From Chiloscyllium plagiosum (lineage: Eukaryota), in the NCBI RefSeq assembly GCF_004010195.1, contig NC_057711.1:80748420-80812419 (forward strand): a stretch of 64,000 nt of DNA. The letters are read 5' to 3'. Under the pieces are notes generated by a model. That model saw nothing but the letters and a program-made list of their open reading frames with translations. It searched no databases and had not been told where the DNA came from. Position numbers and translations under genes: made by a program. The number at the start of each line of letters is the position of its first letter. Position 1 is the first letter of the stretch. This document shows positions 1-50,863 of the stretch, piece after piece.

Positions 1-478
1 AGGTCAATTCCTGGAATGGTGGGACTACCTTACACTGAAAGACTGGGGTGACTGGGCTTGTATACCCGTGAGTTTAGAAGACTGAGAGGGGATCTGATTG
101 AGACGTATAAGATTATTAAAGGATTGGACACTCTGGAGGCAGGAAACATGTTCCCAGTGATGGATGAGTGCCGAACCAGAGGACACAGCTTAAAAATACG
201 GGGTAGACCATTTAGGACAGAGATGAGGAGAAACTTCTTCACCCAGAGAGTGGTGGCTGTGTTGAATGCTCTGCTCCAGAGGGCAGTGGAGGCCCAGTCT
301 CTGGATTCATTTAAGAAAGAGTTGGATAGAGCTCTCAAGGATAGTGGAATCAAAGGTTATGGAGATAAGGCAGGAACAGGATACTGATTAAGGATGATCA
401 GCCATGATCATATTGAATGGTGGTGCAGGCTCGAAGGGCAGATGGCCTACTCCTGCACCTATTGTCTATTGTCTATTG
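1..478 (+). mobile_element. CR1-clade LINE 3' end
   Basis: RRLRGDLIETYKI...TRGHSLK...RRNFFTQRVV ORF2 C-terminus; (CTATTGT)n tail. Confidence 0.9.
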
Positions 479-569
479 ATTTACTTTAGATTCATTTTAC
501 TTTAAATCAACTATCAATAAGAAACTCGTTAAAAATAATTTATTGAGATGGCTCATTTGCATATTAGAA

Positions 570-3500
570 TAATGGCATTTTTACAGTAAACAAAGAGGCT
601 CCTCAAGCCCTACTGGTCATCAAACATCCAGCGATTCTAATCCCATTTTCCAGCACTTGGCCCATTGCCTTAAATGCCGCAGCATTTCAAGTGTTCACCG
701 AAATAGTTCTTAAATATCCTATGGGTTCCTGCATCTAGCAACCATTTAGGTAGTAAGTTCCAGATGTGCATCATCCTCTGGGTAAAAAAAAAAGTTCATT
801 AAATCCCCTCTAAACCTCCTGCTCCTCACCTTAAAACTGCTTCCCTAATTATCGACCCCTCACCAAGCAGAGAAGGTTCTCTGTATTTCCCTGCTCTATG
901 GCCCCTTTTTGTATATCTCAGATGCCCCTCAATCTTATTTCATCTGTGGAAAACAACCCCATTCTATCTGTTCTCTCTTCATAGCTAAATCATTCCAGTC
1001 CAGGCAACTTTCAGGCAAATCTCTTCTGCAACTCTTCTCATGCAATACTGTCCCACAGACCACAACATCAATGGGAGAGAAATTATTCGAGAAAAAGCTG
1101 AAGGAGAGAAGTAATCTCCACTGCAAGGTTTAATCAAGGATACTCAGCGTAGCTTTGTCAGAGGAAGGCCAAGCTTAACGTATTTGATAGGACTTTCCAA
1201 AAAAAGGTGATCAGGTGTATAGATGAGGGCAATTTGATTGATGTAGTTGATGTGAATTTCATCAAAGACTTTGACATAGATCCATATTGGAGATTGGGAA
1301 GGAAATCAAAAACATGTGGAATCCAGGGCAACTTGGCAAGTTGGATCCAAAATTGACTTTGCGGTGGATGACAGAGGGAAGTGGTAGAATGTTGATTATG
1401 TGACTGGAGACCAGTGTGCAGTCGCATACCATAGGGATCAGTGTTGGGTCCTTATAAAATATTGGGGGGGGGGGGGGGGGGGAGGAGGGGGAGGTGTGTG
1501 GAATAAGTGGGTTTGTGAAATACATGATGATTGGCCAGGTGGTAAATACTGAAGGAGGAGATCTTAGGTTACAGGATGATATTGATCCTTTGGTCAAATG
1601 GGCAGATCAGTCACAGATTGAACTTAGCCCTGGTAAGTGTAAAGTGATCGACTTTTGAAGAAAGAACAAGACGAGGGAATAATCAATGAATAGCAGGATT
1701 TATTGGAAGCATGGAGTGTTTGTCTGCTGATCCTTGAAGACAGCAGGACAGGTTAACAGGGTGGTTGAGAAGGCATACAGACACTTGCGTTTATCAGATG
1801 TGGCATAGGTTATGAAAGCAGGGAGGTTATGTTGGACCGATCCAGAACTTTAGTTAGGCCACACCTGGAGCACTGAGAAAGGTTCTGGTCACTACACGAA
1901 AGGAAGGATGTGATTTCACTGGAGGGGGTGCAGAGGAGATTCACTAGGATGAAGCGTTTTAGCTATGAAGAGAGGGTGGGTAAGCTTTGGTGGCTTTCTT
2001 TAGAGCAGAGAAGGTTGAGGAGAGTCCTGATCGAGGTGTATAAGATTATGAGGGACATGGTCATGATGGAAAGAAAGCAGCTGTTCCCCTTAGTTAAAGG
2101 GTCAATAACTGGAGGATATAATTTTAAGGTTAAAATATAGGCAGTTTAGAAAGGATTTGAAGAAAAAAATCCCCCCAGAATACAGTGGGAATCTAGAATG
2201 CACTCCCTGGGATGGGGGTTTGAGATGGGAAACTTCATTACCCTTAAAAGTCTATGCATGAGTATGTAATGTCAAAAAATACATTGCTATGCACCAGGTG
2301 CTAGAAAGTGGGGCCTAAGGTAGAGTTAGATTTGTGTAATTGGTGCAGACCTGATTGGCAAAGGTTTCTTAGGTACTGTATGATTCTACATTGTGATAAC
2401 CAGAACTGCACACTGTACTCCAGCCATGGCCTAACTAACATCATATACAGCTCCATCATAATCTCCTTTTCTTGTAGTCATTGCCTTGCCCAATAAAGCA
2501 CATGGCTCAACAATCTTATCTACTATCTTGTTGCTTTTAATGATCCATAGATATGCACAACATAGTCCCTCTAATCGTCTCTATTTTTAAGATCCTACCA
2601 TTCAACATGTGCCCTCTTGCTTCATTAGTTCTCCCCAAATGTAACACTTCACACTTTTCAAGATTAAATTCCATTTGCCACTGTTCAGTTTGTCTATACA
2701 CCTGTACTCTGAGATTCCCTCCTTGCTATGTACCACACTGCCAATTTTCTTGGCATCTGCAAACCTCCCACATTCATGTGTGGATTATTAATGTATCAAA
2801 CAAACAGCAAGAGACCCAGCACTGAACTCTCTTGTACATCACTGAACATGATTGTCTTGTCACAAAAATATCCCCTTTCACCATCACCCTCTGCTCCCCG
2901 ATGCCATGCCAACTTTGGATCTAATGTGTCAAATTGTCCTGGATACCATGGGCTCTTAGCTTCATTACCAATCTGCCAAGTGATACCTGGTCAAAAGCCT
3001 TCCACTACCCTCATTACCACCTTGAAAAATTCAATCAAATCTGCAAGTCATGATTTCCCTGAATAAGGCTATGTTGACTGGCCTGGATTAATCCTTGCTG
3101 CTTCAAGGGGAGGTTAATTTTGTCCCTTTGAATTGTTACAACAGTTTCCTTACTACAGATGTAAGAGTCAGTGGTTTGTAGTTTCCTGGTTTATCCTTAA
3201 CTCCCTTCTTGAATTATAATACCACATTACCTGTCCTAAAGTCCTCTAGCATCCCTCCAATGGCCAGAGACAAATTAAAAATTAATGTGAAGCACCTCTG
3301 CAATCTTCTTCTTTACCTCCTACAACAGCCTGACATACATCTCCTTTAAACCTTGGGATTTATTCACTTTTGAGCCTGTTAAAACCACTAGTACCTCTTC
3401 TTTTGCAATGCTAATTCATTCAAGTATAGTACAGTCCTCCTCCATGATTTCCGTATCTACAATGTCCTTCCTTACACTGTATCCAGATGCAAAGTAATCA

Positions 3501-3850
3501 TTTGAAACATCCCATTGATTGTAACTTGAAATGGGCCGTACTATTCTTGGGTTTGTTTTTGCCCCTGAAGTACTTCGGAAGAATGTTGTGGAACTTGAAA
3601 GGTTCACAAAAAATTTACAAGGATGCAATAGGGTTGGATGGTGTAAGCTATGGGGAAAGGCTGAATAGACTGGAGCTGTTTTCCCTGGAGCGGAGGCTGC
3701 AGGGTAACCTTATAGAAATTTATAAAATCATGGGGTAAATAGACAAAATCTTTTCCCTAGAGTGGGGAGCTAGATTAGGTTAGAATATCTGGTTGGCATA
3801 GATGAGTTGGACTGAAGGGTCTGTTTCCATGCTGTACATCTCTATGACTC
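570..3850. mobile_element. Cluster of decayed CR1-clade LINE fragments on both strands
   Basis: RT and C-terminal motifs: + ~1090-2390 and ~3560-3850; - ~570-1050 and ~2400-3500. Confidence 0.75.
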
Positions 3851-4486
3851 TACTTATAAAATTATTTTGGATTTTCTTTAGGTTTTTTTCAAGTTCCTCT
3901 TCACTGTCCTAATTTCTGTTTTAAACAAATCCCTACACTTTCTATACTCATCTCGGGCATTTGCTGTTTCAATTGTCTGCATGTGGTCTGAACGGATATA
4001 ATGGAGCTTCAAGATGAGATAAATGGTAAAGAGGAGAAACAGCGAAGTGTATTAATGGAGTCAGCATGGACTGCAAGGGTTTATAAACATCAGAAGGATG
4101 TCCGGATATGAATGAGATGTTCCAGGTCTCATGTTTTTGATAAACTAGGAATGGTTGCGGGTCTTTGTCGGCAACAGGCCTCACCTCAGGACCATCATTT
4201 TAACTGGGAGCAATTGTCAGCGTGATGCAAGTGTGGTCATCAGTATATAGAGCAAGTTGCACCCACCGTTTTCTCTGGCAGTTCATCCCACATGCTAACT
4301 ATATTCTGGAAAAGCAGTTGTTCCACCTTTGAACTGACAAGATGGTGGCAGAGTAGGATGCTTCAGCTCCATTCATTTCATTCTCATTTCTTCCTTTTTT
4401 TTCTCTCTTGATGTTTCTTCTTTCCTTCACTTCTGGCTTCAGCGTGGATTCGGCAAGGCATTCTCTGGGCAATATCTCGGCCTTAT

Positions 4487-4888
4487 CTATAGGCAGCCTA
4501 ACGCAGTCTCACAGCCTGGGATAGCAGTGTCTCAGCCTGGTCTACAGGCAGTCCACAGCAGTCTCTCAGCTCGGTATGGCAGTGTCTCGGCTTCATCTAT
4601 AGGTAGCCCATGGTAGGCTCTTGGCGCTGGTGTGGCAGTGTCTCGACTTGGTCTATAGGCAGCCCATGGTAGTCTCTCAGCCTGGCATGGCGGTATCTCA
4701 GCTTGGTCTATCGGCAGCCCACATCAGTCTCTCGGCCCGGTATGGCAGTGTCTTGGCCTGGTTTATAGGCAGCCCACAGCAGTCTCTCAGCCGACTGTGG
4801 CAGTGTCTTGTCCTGGTCAATAGGTGGCCCATGGTAGTCCCTCAGCTTGGTCTATAGGCAGTCCATGGTAGTCTATCAGCCTGGCATG
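4487..4888 (+). repeat. Degenerate 55-bp tandem repeat (~7.5 units)
   Basis: Unit ~CTATAGGCAGCCCATGGTAGTCTCTCAGCCTGGCATGGCAGTGTCTCGGCCTGGT; units start at 4487, 4542, etc. Confidence 0.85.
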
Positions 4889-5369
4889 TTCTGGAGGCAT
4901 AGGAGGAGATCAGGGAGACAACAGCTTCAGCAGTAGCAGTGATGCTGGTATCGTGGCCCAAAGCTGGAAACGTGAGCAATGAGGAAGGACCCCTCCCTCC
5001 TCCCCACACCCCCCACTTGCCCCAATATCTGCGGCAACCTGTCGAGAACAGGCAGCTGAGGCCTCCCAGGGAGTGAGATAAGGGGAGGACTCATCAAAGA
5101 CTATTGAACTTTTAACTTTATTCCATTATTTTTGTAGTTTATATTAAGAAGGACTTCAAGTTAACTATTACCTTATTTCTTTACTTTGCTACTTATTCTA
5201 TGAAGGTAATGCTTAACATTTTAACTTGTTTTCTTTTACCAATTTATCCCTGAGTTTTTGTACCTGGGTGCCATTGTAAAGGTGGGCTGTGTGTGGTGAC
5301 ATTATACATTTTTCACTGTAGTCCTGTACTTCTGCATTTGAGTATACATGACAATAAAATCTAAATCTA

Positions 5370-6320
5370 TCTGACTGTCCCTTAAACATTGCTATTGCAT
5401 CTGCTTCTGTCACCTCCCTAGCAGCGCATTTCAGGCACCTACCATCCTCTTGCCTCACACATCTCCTTTAAACCTATCCTCTCTTACCATAAACCTATGC
5501 CCCTAGTGTCTGACTTATCTACATGGCAAAATGACTCCAACCATCCACCTTATTCATGTCTCTCATAATTTTATATCCTTCTAACAGGTTGCCTCTCAGC
5601 CTCCAACACCTAGTAAAAACAATCCAAACTTGTCCAAACTTTCCTTATAGCAAATACACTCCAATTCTGGCAACATTCTGGTAAGGTTTTCCAAAGCCTC
5701 TGCCTTTTTTCTATTGTGTGGCAACCAGAACCGCAGATAACACACCAAATTGGCCTAAAATTCTATTCAAATGCAACATGACTTGCTAACTTTTATACTT
5801 AATGCCATGACTGATGAAGGCAATTATGCTATACATCATCTTTATCATCTTATCCACTTGTGCTGTCACTTTCCTGGAGCTATGGACTTTCACCTAAAGA
5901 TCCCTCTGCATATCAATGCTCCTAGGGGTCCTGTAATATACTATATACTTTTCTTTTGCATTCGACTTCCCAAAATGCATCACCTCACACCTGTTTGAAT
6001 TAAATGCCATCTGCCATTTTTCCACTTAACTTTCCAACTGATATAAATCCTGTTTTATCCTTTGACAACCTTTGACAGAATTCCACCAATTTTTCATGTC
6101 ATCTGCAAACTTACTAATCAGACCATCTAAATTTTCATCTAAACCATTATATATACACACACACATATATATATAAAAAAATGACAGAGATCCCAGCACT
6201 GATCCTTGTGGAACATGATTGGTCACAGACCTCCAGTCAGAAAAAACACCTCTTCATAACTATCCTCTCTCTTCTATGAACAAACTAATTTTATATCCAA
6301 CTTACCAATTCACCATTGAT
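5370..6320 (-). mobile_element. CR1-clade LINE fragment
   Basis: VPQGSVLG...ISKFADD RT motifs on minus strand. Confidence 0.82.
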
Positions 6321-6912
6321 TTCTGGACTGTTTCACTATGATGCTGACTGCAGGATAATCTTCCCAGACTGTGTCACTATGATGCCGCCTTCAGGATACC
6401 CTTCTCAAGAGTCTTGAACACAATCAAAAGTATTTGGGATACAAATTAAAAATTACATGTGGAAATTATGTTTTCTACACAGCTGCCTCTTTTTTACTCA
6501 GAAAAAAATAAATATACTTTTAGTCTTTCTTGTTTTTCCAATCTCTTGTGACCAATCACTTCACTCTGCTATCAAACCACAGACAGGAAATTTCCAAACT
6601 CAATCACCAGGACTATGCTGAGCTAGTTCAACTCAACACTCACTGCTGCCATCCTCTCTCTGATCGATATTAAACACTCCAGTTTTGCAATGACAATAAA
6701 GATCAACGAAGAGTTTAATTCCTCATCACATGATTTTCTGCTACTGAATTGTTGCTTTCAAGGGAATGTTGTCCAAATTTGGAAACTGTGTTGTTTCAAT
6801 TTATGTATTGAGACAATCGTTGATTCGAGAAATGTCAGGATGCAGTACAGTGATAAATCTGGTAGATTTCTTGAGACTTTAAGTTGAAGTATGACTGAAA
6901 CTATTTTACTGT

Positions 6913-7051
6913 TTATATTAGAGTGGTGCTGGAAAACCACAGCAGGTCAGACAGCATCTGAGGAGCAGGAAAATCAATGTTTTGGGCAAAAGCCCTTCAT
7001 CAGGAATGGTGGCAGGGTGCCTGCAGAGTCGAGAGATAAATAAAAAATTGC
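6913..7051 (-). mobile_element. Penelope-like family A terminal fragment
   Basis: Homologous to 18240-18370; 18-bp TSD ctgaa(a/g)ctattttactgt 6895-6912/7052-7069. Confidence 0.75.
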
Positions 7052-7377
7052 CTGAAGCTATTTTACTGTCAGCTGGAAACCTGGAAAAAAGCTGATAATA
7101 TTATAAATATATTTTAAGTCCTCAGCAGTATAAAAGGACATATTGGGTGTCAGAAGTAAATAGCGTTAACACAAATACATTACTGAGGAAGGAACAACAG
7201 ATATTTCAATCACACAGAGAGTTATAAGATTAAACCTGTTTAAAATATTCAGACTTAGCTAAGTGGTAGCAGCTTCACCGAGTTAGGTTTAGCAATTAAT
7301 CCAGGCGAACATGTTATTGCAGGTCTGAGGATGTACGGTATTTACATTGTATCAACCAATTGTCTAGACATTTTGGG

Positions 7378-7687
7378 CCAGAGTGGCACAGTGGTTAGCA
7401 CTGCTGCCTCACAGCGCCAGAGACCCGGGTTCAATTCCCGCCTCGGGCGACTGACTGTGTGGAGTTTGCACGTTCTCCCCGTGTCTGCGTGGGTTTCCTC
7501 CGGGTGCTCCGGTTTCCTCCCACATTCCAAAAGATGTGCAGGGTCAGGTGAATTGGCCATGCTAAACTGCCCGTAGTGTTAGGTAAGGGGTAAATGTAGG
7601 GGGTATGGGTGGGTTTCGCTTCGGCGGGTCGTTGTGGACTTGTTGGGCCGAAGGGCCTGTTTCCACACTGTAATGTAATCTAATCTA
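7378..7687 (+). mobile_element. HE1-type tRNA-derived V-SINE
   Basis: A/B boxes (TGGCACAGTGG, GGTTCAATTCC), V-domain GGGTTTCCTCCGGGTGCTCCGGTTTCCTCCCAC, (AATCT)n tail. Confidence 0.88.
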
Positions 7688-7849
7688 AAACCTGCTCCTA
7701 GAAATACGATATAACAATAAGTGGTTGGGGCTGAGGGGAATTCTGTTCTTGGGGAGTTCTTACTAAGCAGACCTTGCAGGTTACAGTTGTCACTGCTCTC
7801 TAGACACTGTCCAATCATCATCAAGCAGTCTTCTCAATATCAGCAAAAT

Positions 7850-8568
7850 TAAAGAACTAACCATTGACTTCAGAAAGAAAGGAGGAGATAATCTATGTCA
7901 ACTGTGCTAGGGTTGAGAGTGTCAAGTTCCTAGGAGTGACAATAACCGATAACCTGTCCTGGACTTCCCATGTAGATGCAACAATGCCCCTTCTTCCACA
8001 GGTGGAGATTTGGCAAGTCCATAAGGACCCTCACCAACTCTTACAGATGCACCATAGAAAACATACTGTCTGGGTGCATATAGCCTGGTATAGCAACTGC
8101 TCTGCCCAGGACTGCAAGAAACTACAGATGTTTGTGTACACAGCTGAGACCATCACGGAAGCTGATTTTCTATCACTGAACTCCACTTATACCTCTCGTT
8201 GTTGCAGAACGGCTGTCAACATCTTCAAAGACCCATCCCACCTTGGTAATGCTCTCCTACAGCCTCTTCTATCAGGCAGAAGATACAGAAGCTTAAACAC
8301 ACGCATCTACAAGTTCGAGAACACCTTCTTCCCATTCGTTATTAGAGTGATGAGAGGACTCTCTAACCTCAAATAATACTGAGCTTGTTAATGTGATCTT
8401 GCCTAGTCCGAAGTGTAACCTGTATATGCCTTACTCTGTCCAAATGTTTTTTTCACCCTATGATATTATGATCTTGCTTACTATGATCTACCTGTAGTGC
8501 TCACAAAAAAAGCTTTTCACTGTACTTTGGTACATGTAACAATAAATCAATTCAAATCAAATAAATCA
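7850..8568 (+). mobile_element. Rex1/Babar-like LINE 3' end
   Basis: KFLGVTITDNLSW...KDPSH...LLSGRRYRSL; tail aataaatcaattcaaatcaaat. Confidence 0.72.
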
Positions 8569-10099
8569 CAAGGCAGATCGAAACTGGACCAGAAGGAGAA
8601 GAGGAAGACATGGGGAAGAGTTGTAATATCCCGGCTAGACAGCAGGATGTTGTCCCCAACACTTTAACAAGACCAAAACTTTCCTTGCCAAGTTTGTTTG
8701 CCCTCTGGTATCCTCACTATCCTCAATTGCCTCAGTTGTATACTACCTTTACCTAATTAACTAATGTGACAGATCTACACTGTTGCTTCTTAACAAACTA
8801 TCAAAAAATTGCTTACAAGTTGTTAACTGCCTGCATTAGGTAGCTGATCATGAACCCCAAATATCAACAAAGGAAACCTGAAGTCATGAATAGCATTAGG
8901 TTGCTATGGGCTCTTACTTCCTCATTTGTAAAACAGCAATCACCATATGTGTGACAAGCCGATCTCAGTGAGGCAATGAAAGATATTAGAAAAGTAAGAG
9001 TGTGATCATAGCTAAACTGATGAAGAAGCTTTAGAAATTAAAATAAAAGGCAAACAAAATTAGAAATGAAAATCCGCAAGTGCATTCAGGAACAAATCAA
9101 GCCACCTTTTACCTCAATAGGGTGATCACTTATATTGGTTAATTCTATCCTGCTTTTCTATCAAGCAGTTCACACTGCTTCAGCCCATTGATCATTAGAG
9201 ATTCTTTTCTCATTACTCCCACATACATTTTTTGCATTTGGACAATGAATATTAACTTTTCTCTGTATAGATAAAATTTTTGTTTGGACACGTGATTGAG
9301 ATTGGATTGTCTTAGTGTCATTAACAAACAACAGAACAAATATTCAGTGCCTCATGTTTAGGAACATAAACAAATTTGGTTTATAATAAAAGCAACTCAG
9401 TAATATTGGCTAACAAACACACTATACCTTGGTGCTGCCCACAGTTACAAAATGCCCTGATGCTCACCAGGGTATGGAACATGCGTTTCCCAAAACCATC
9501 CAATTAAGGCTACAGAAGAAATAGGCTGCCAACGGGACCGTTCTCACTGGTCATGCTAATTCTGCAGGAATTCCTGATCCGAAAGACTGGCGGATGCTCG
9601 ATCAAGAAGTATATTCAAAGGAGTTTTTGAAATTTTTTGGGCTCAAAGTGAATAAATGAGGGCCAGTAAAGTAGGAGAGGCGGGGGGGGGGGGTCAGATA
9701 GGAGATTGGCTTTGGTATTTCTCCATGTTGGACTGGCCAGAATAGTCTATCCTAATGGCCTACTCCAGCTCCTCTTCCTTATGTTCTTCAAGTTAAACTA
9801 AACAGGAACTACAATCTTTAACTATTCATTTAGACATGAAACATAGTTTCAACAAGGCTGATAAAGCAGTAAACTGTTGAGTAGCTTTAAAAAAAACTAT
9901 TGCATCTATGTATTTACAATATTCTCTCTTTTTGGTAATCTCAAATATTACTGCAATGGATTTAGACAACATGAGAATATTTCAATCACAAAAGGGAGCG
10001 TGGGAACTCCATGACTTGCAAGTTTTTGTTGAAGCTACACACCATCCCAGCTTGGAACTCTTCCTCATTGGCATTCCTTCAGGATTGAAGACGATGGAG

Positions 10100-11270
10100 G
10101 CAACAAAACAATCCAAAGCTGGAGCTGTACTCCCAGATTCAGATAGTTTTTGATGTGGTGGGACAGTGGGATGTTTGGGTTTCCACTTGCTCCTTCCTCT
10201 GTTTTCACTTGGGCCTGTTGGAAATACTCAAGGTGGATTGTACTACTGTAGATACTTCATCTCCAATCCTGACAGTCTTGTACTACACATACCTTGTCAG
10301 TGAGAATATTGCAGTTTTTTGCAGGGAGACATTAAGGATATTCCTAAAGTGTTTCCTCTGCCGTCGTGTTAACTGCTTGCTGAGATGAAGCTCAGAGTAA
10401 AGTTGGTTTTGGAAGTCTTGTGGCTGCGTGCAAATGTTGTGCACTGCCAACACAATTGATTAACTGTGACCAGTGCCATAATACTGGAGATATTGGCCTC
10501 AGAGAACATTAACATTGAAGTTCCTATCTTGCCAGTTAATTTGTAGGATTTTGCGGGGGCATAGCTTGTGATATTTCTCCAGGGATTTGAAGATTGGTAA
10601 CACTGCTTCCCTTTAGACCATTAACTTTGTGTCTGGCTCACGGTCTTGGTCATCAACCATTATCTATCTCAGATTAGCCAAATTTTGCAGACTTGAGGCA
10701 ATGATGAATTTTACCATCAACCTCTGCCCTCATTGAGAGGGGGCTCCTAAACTATGAGAATTAATGCACATTGTCCAGTGGCTCATTGTGGATCTTGACA
10801 GTCAGTGTTGCATGACAGGACCAAGATGGCAGAAGAACGTGGTCTTCCACTTGTTTAGCTTAAGCCCTACTCTTTTATATTCCTCTGAGAATATATTGGA
10901 GCTCTGAGTATGAATTTACGCAGGCACCATCTACATATTGCAGCTTGATGACAGAGGCTGGGGTGGTCTTGTTTCTAGACATTTCTCTCATTTTGCACAG
11001 AAGGTTGACACCACTGTGAAGCTTCGTGGAGATGGGGTGGACAGTTGTGGCAAGGAAGATGGAGAAGAGCATTGGTGGAATGACACAAAGCTTGCTTGAT
11101 CCCAGTTTGCACATGTGCTGGGTCGGTGGCGTATTTGCTGCTGATGATCATGGTTTGTATGTCGTACTCGCAGGAGGTGGATAAGGATGATGCATGTTTT
11201 TGGGTAACCGAATCCAAGAAGGAAGCTCCATAATTCCGCTCGTTTGACAGTCTTAGTCCTTTCTGTGATT
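10100..11270 (-). mobile_element. RTE-like LINE RT remnant
   Basis: TGIKQ.../PMLFSIFL.../KLQYVD motifs across frameshifts. Confidence 0.6.
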
Positions 11271-12369
11271 AAAAGTGGCCATGAATGTAGCCTGTCTGCC
11301 ATAGGGAAGGCCATTGCAAAAACTCCCCCAGAACTATTTTACTATTCCTTCACAGTGCTGTGTCAAAAAACCTGGGACTCCCTCCCTGGCAGCAATGTGG
11401 GTAAAGCTATACAACTCCCTCAATACTTTGAACTAAACATAGATGAATTATTGATAAACAAGGGATCAATGCCTGTCAGGTCTAGGCAGAAGACTTGAAT
11501 AACGTTATTGAATGTCTAAGAAGGTTCAAGGAGTTGTTCATATGTTTGGATGTAAATATGAGTATGGTAGCAGTTCAACAATGCAGCTCTTTATCAAATT
11601 CTCAAGGACAGTTAGGAGTGGGTAATAAATGCTGGCAAGTGATGACTACTTCCCATGAACAAAATAAAAAACATCACTGATCAGGATATTTATACAGAAT
11701 ATTCAAAAGCTGAAAAACAACATTGGAGAACAACACTGTACTTTGCATAAAATTAGTCAGCCATAATTTGTCAATGATTTTTATTTTCAAAATGTTGTCT
11801 CTTCTGTCTCTGATAAGAACCTCAAACTTACTGCACAGTTTTCAGTCTGCCAATGTTTCAAAACAATTGAGAATCTTATGAAAATAAATGAGTTGAATTT
11901 GCTTAAAATCCTAACAAAGTATGCTAAGTTGCAATAACAGCCAAATCAGTTTTGAAGGCTTCTAGGATACATGGGCACTGTGTTGAGTACAGATGGTTCC
12001 TAGCAAACCCATTTTCAAAAGGAGCTCAGGGGAGGATGTTAAGAAGCCACTCACTGATTTTGGTAAAAATCCAAGAAAGCATTACAAAAAAGTTACAAAA
12101 CGGTAACTAATCAGTGTTGAAGGAAATGAAGTTCATGGGTATGCCATCAAGCGCAGATGGCTCTCAGCACGTCTACTTTCAAAGGGAACTCACAGACAGA
12201 AGATAGGATGACAGGAAGATAGGAAGTCAATTCTAAAATTTGGTCAAAATCCAGTATGTACTTTAAACAAATGATGTGCAAAGTTCTACTGGTGTGTAAT
12301 AGTTAGACAAAAAAAATGCATTAAAGTTAAAGGAAGTGAATTCCAAAATTGAGTGACACAGTGATTACA

Positions 12370-13063
12370 GTACATTTTAAATTTTGCACATTTAATGTAT
12401 AATTTTGTTTATAAAATCACTTTTGCTTGCAAATTGCTCTGAACTAATTTTATTCCACTTGCTCGAAATGCTGATACATAACTGAATGATGATGATGTTC
12501 TTACTAGCTTGGATCCTTGTTTGAACCCTCTTTAGCTTGCAGCAAATTTTTAAAAAAAGTTACAAAACCATTTTTTTCAATACTGTCTTTACTGTATTAA
12601 ACTGAATATTTACAATTTGTACAAATGTCTGAGCTCCATCAAGATACAAAATACAGTTCACAAGATGCAATAACCCAGGGTCCAATTTGACCTGGAATAC
12701 CATTGCACTACAAAGGACAGAAAGTCTTTCAAAGAACAAATGAACATCTGGTTAGGCAACTCCACAAACGCAGCAATTCAGGCAATAACAAAAATACAAC
12801 GTGAGGTCAGAGAGGATTCAAATGCTCTTCTAATAATCCAGGGTTCTACAAAGCAGGGTCCTGGACTTTTTTTGGGACTACCAAAAACAGCTAATTTCGC
12901 CTAGGTCGATGGAGTTTTCTTTGATCCAGTCAATCATTGGTGCACTGACGATCAGTCCTTAAGTATAGGCACTCAGAAAAGCATCTTTTAATTCTGAAGC
13001 CCAGGAGGGTGTATTTGTTTATGAAGAAAAACTGTTCTAGACATATTTTCTCAGTTGCAGATG
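12370..13063 (-). other. TLE1: TLE1 3' UTR (3' end approximate)
   Basis: Repeat-free AU-rich sequence after the stop; AATAAA at 12449-12454 and ATTAAA at 12391-12396 on the minus strand. Confidence 0.6.
12449..12454 (-). terminator. Candidate polyadenylation signal AATAAA
   Basis: tttatt on + strand, ~610 nt after the stop codon. Confidence 0.5.

Positions 13064-50863
<37,800 letters not shown>

Noticed and set aside
1464..1492. G19 run / G-quadruplex-prone tract
   Set aside because: Simple homopolymer inside a decayed CR1 with no sign of function
4487..4888. Repeat array as a possible CRISPR
   Set aside because: Eukaryotic context, degenerate contiguous units, no unique spacers and no cas genes
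30..11680. Many 60-170 aa ORFs downstream of TLE1
   Set aside because: They are LINE remnants, antisense readings of TEs or chance ORFs; no spliced host gene could be supported
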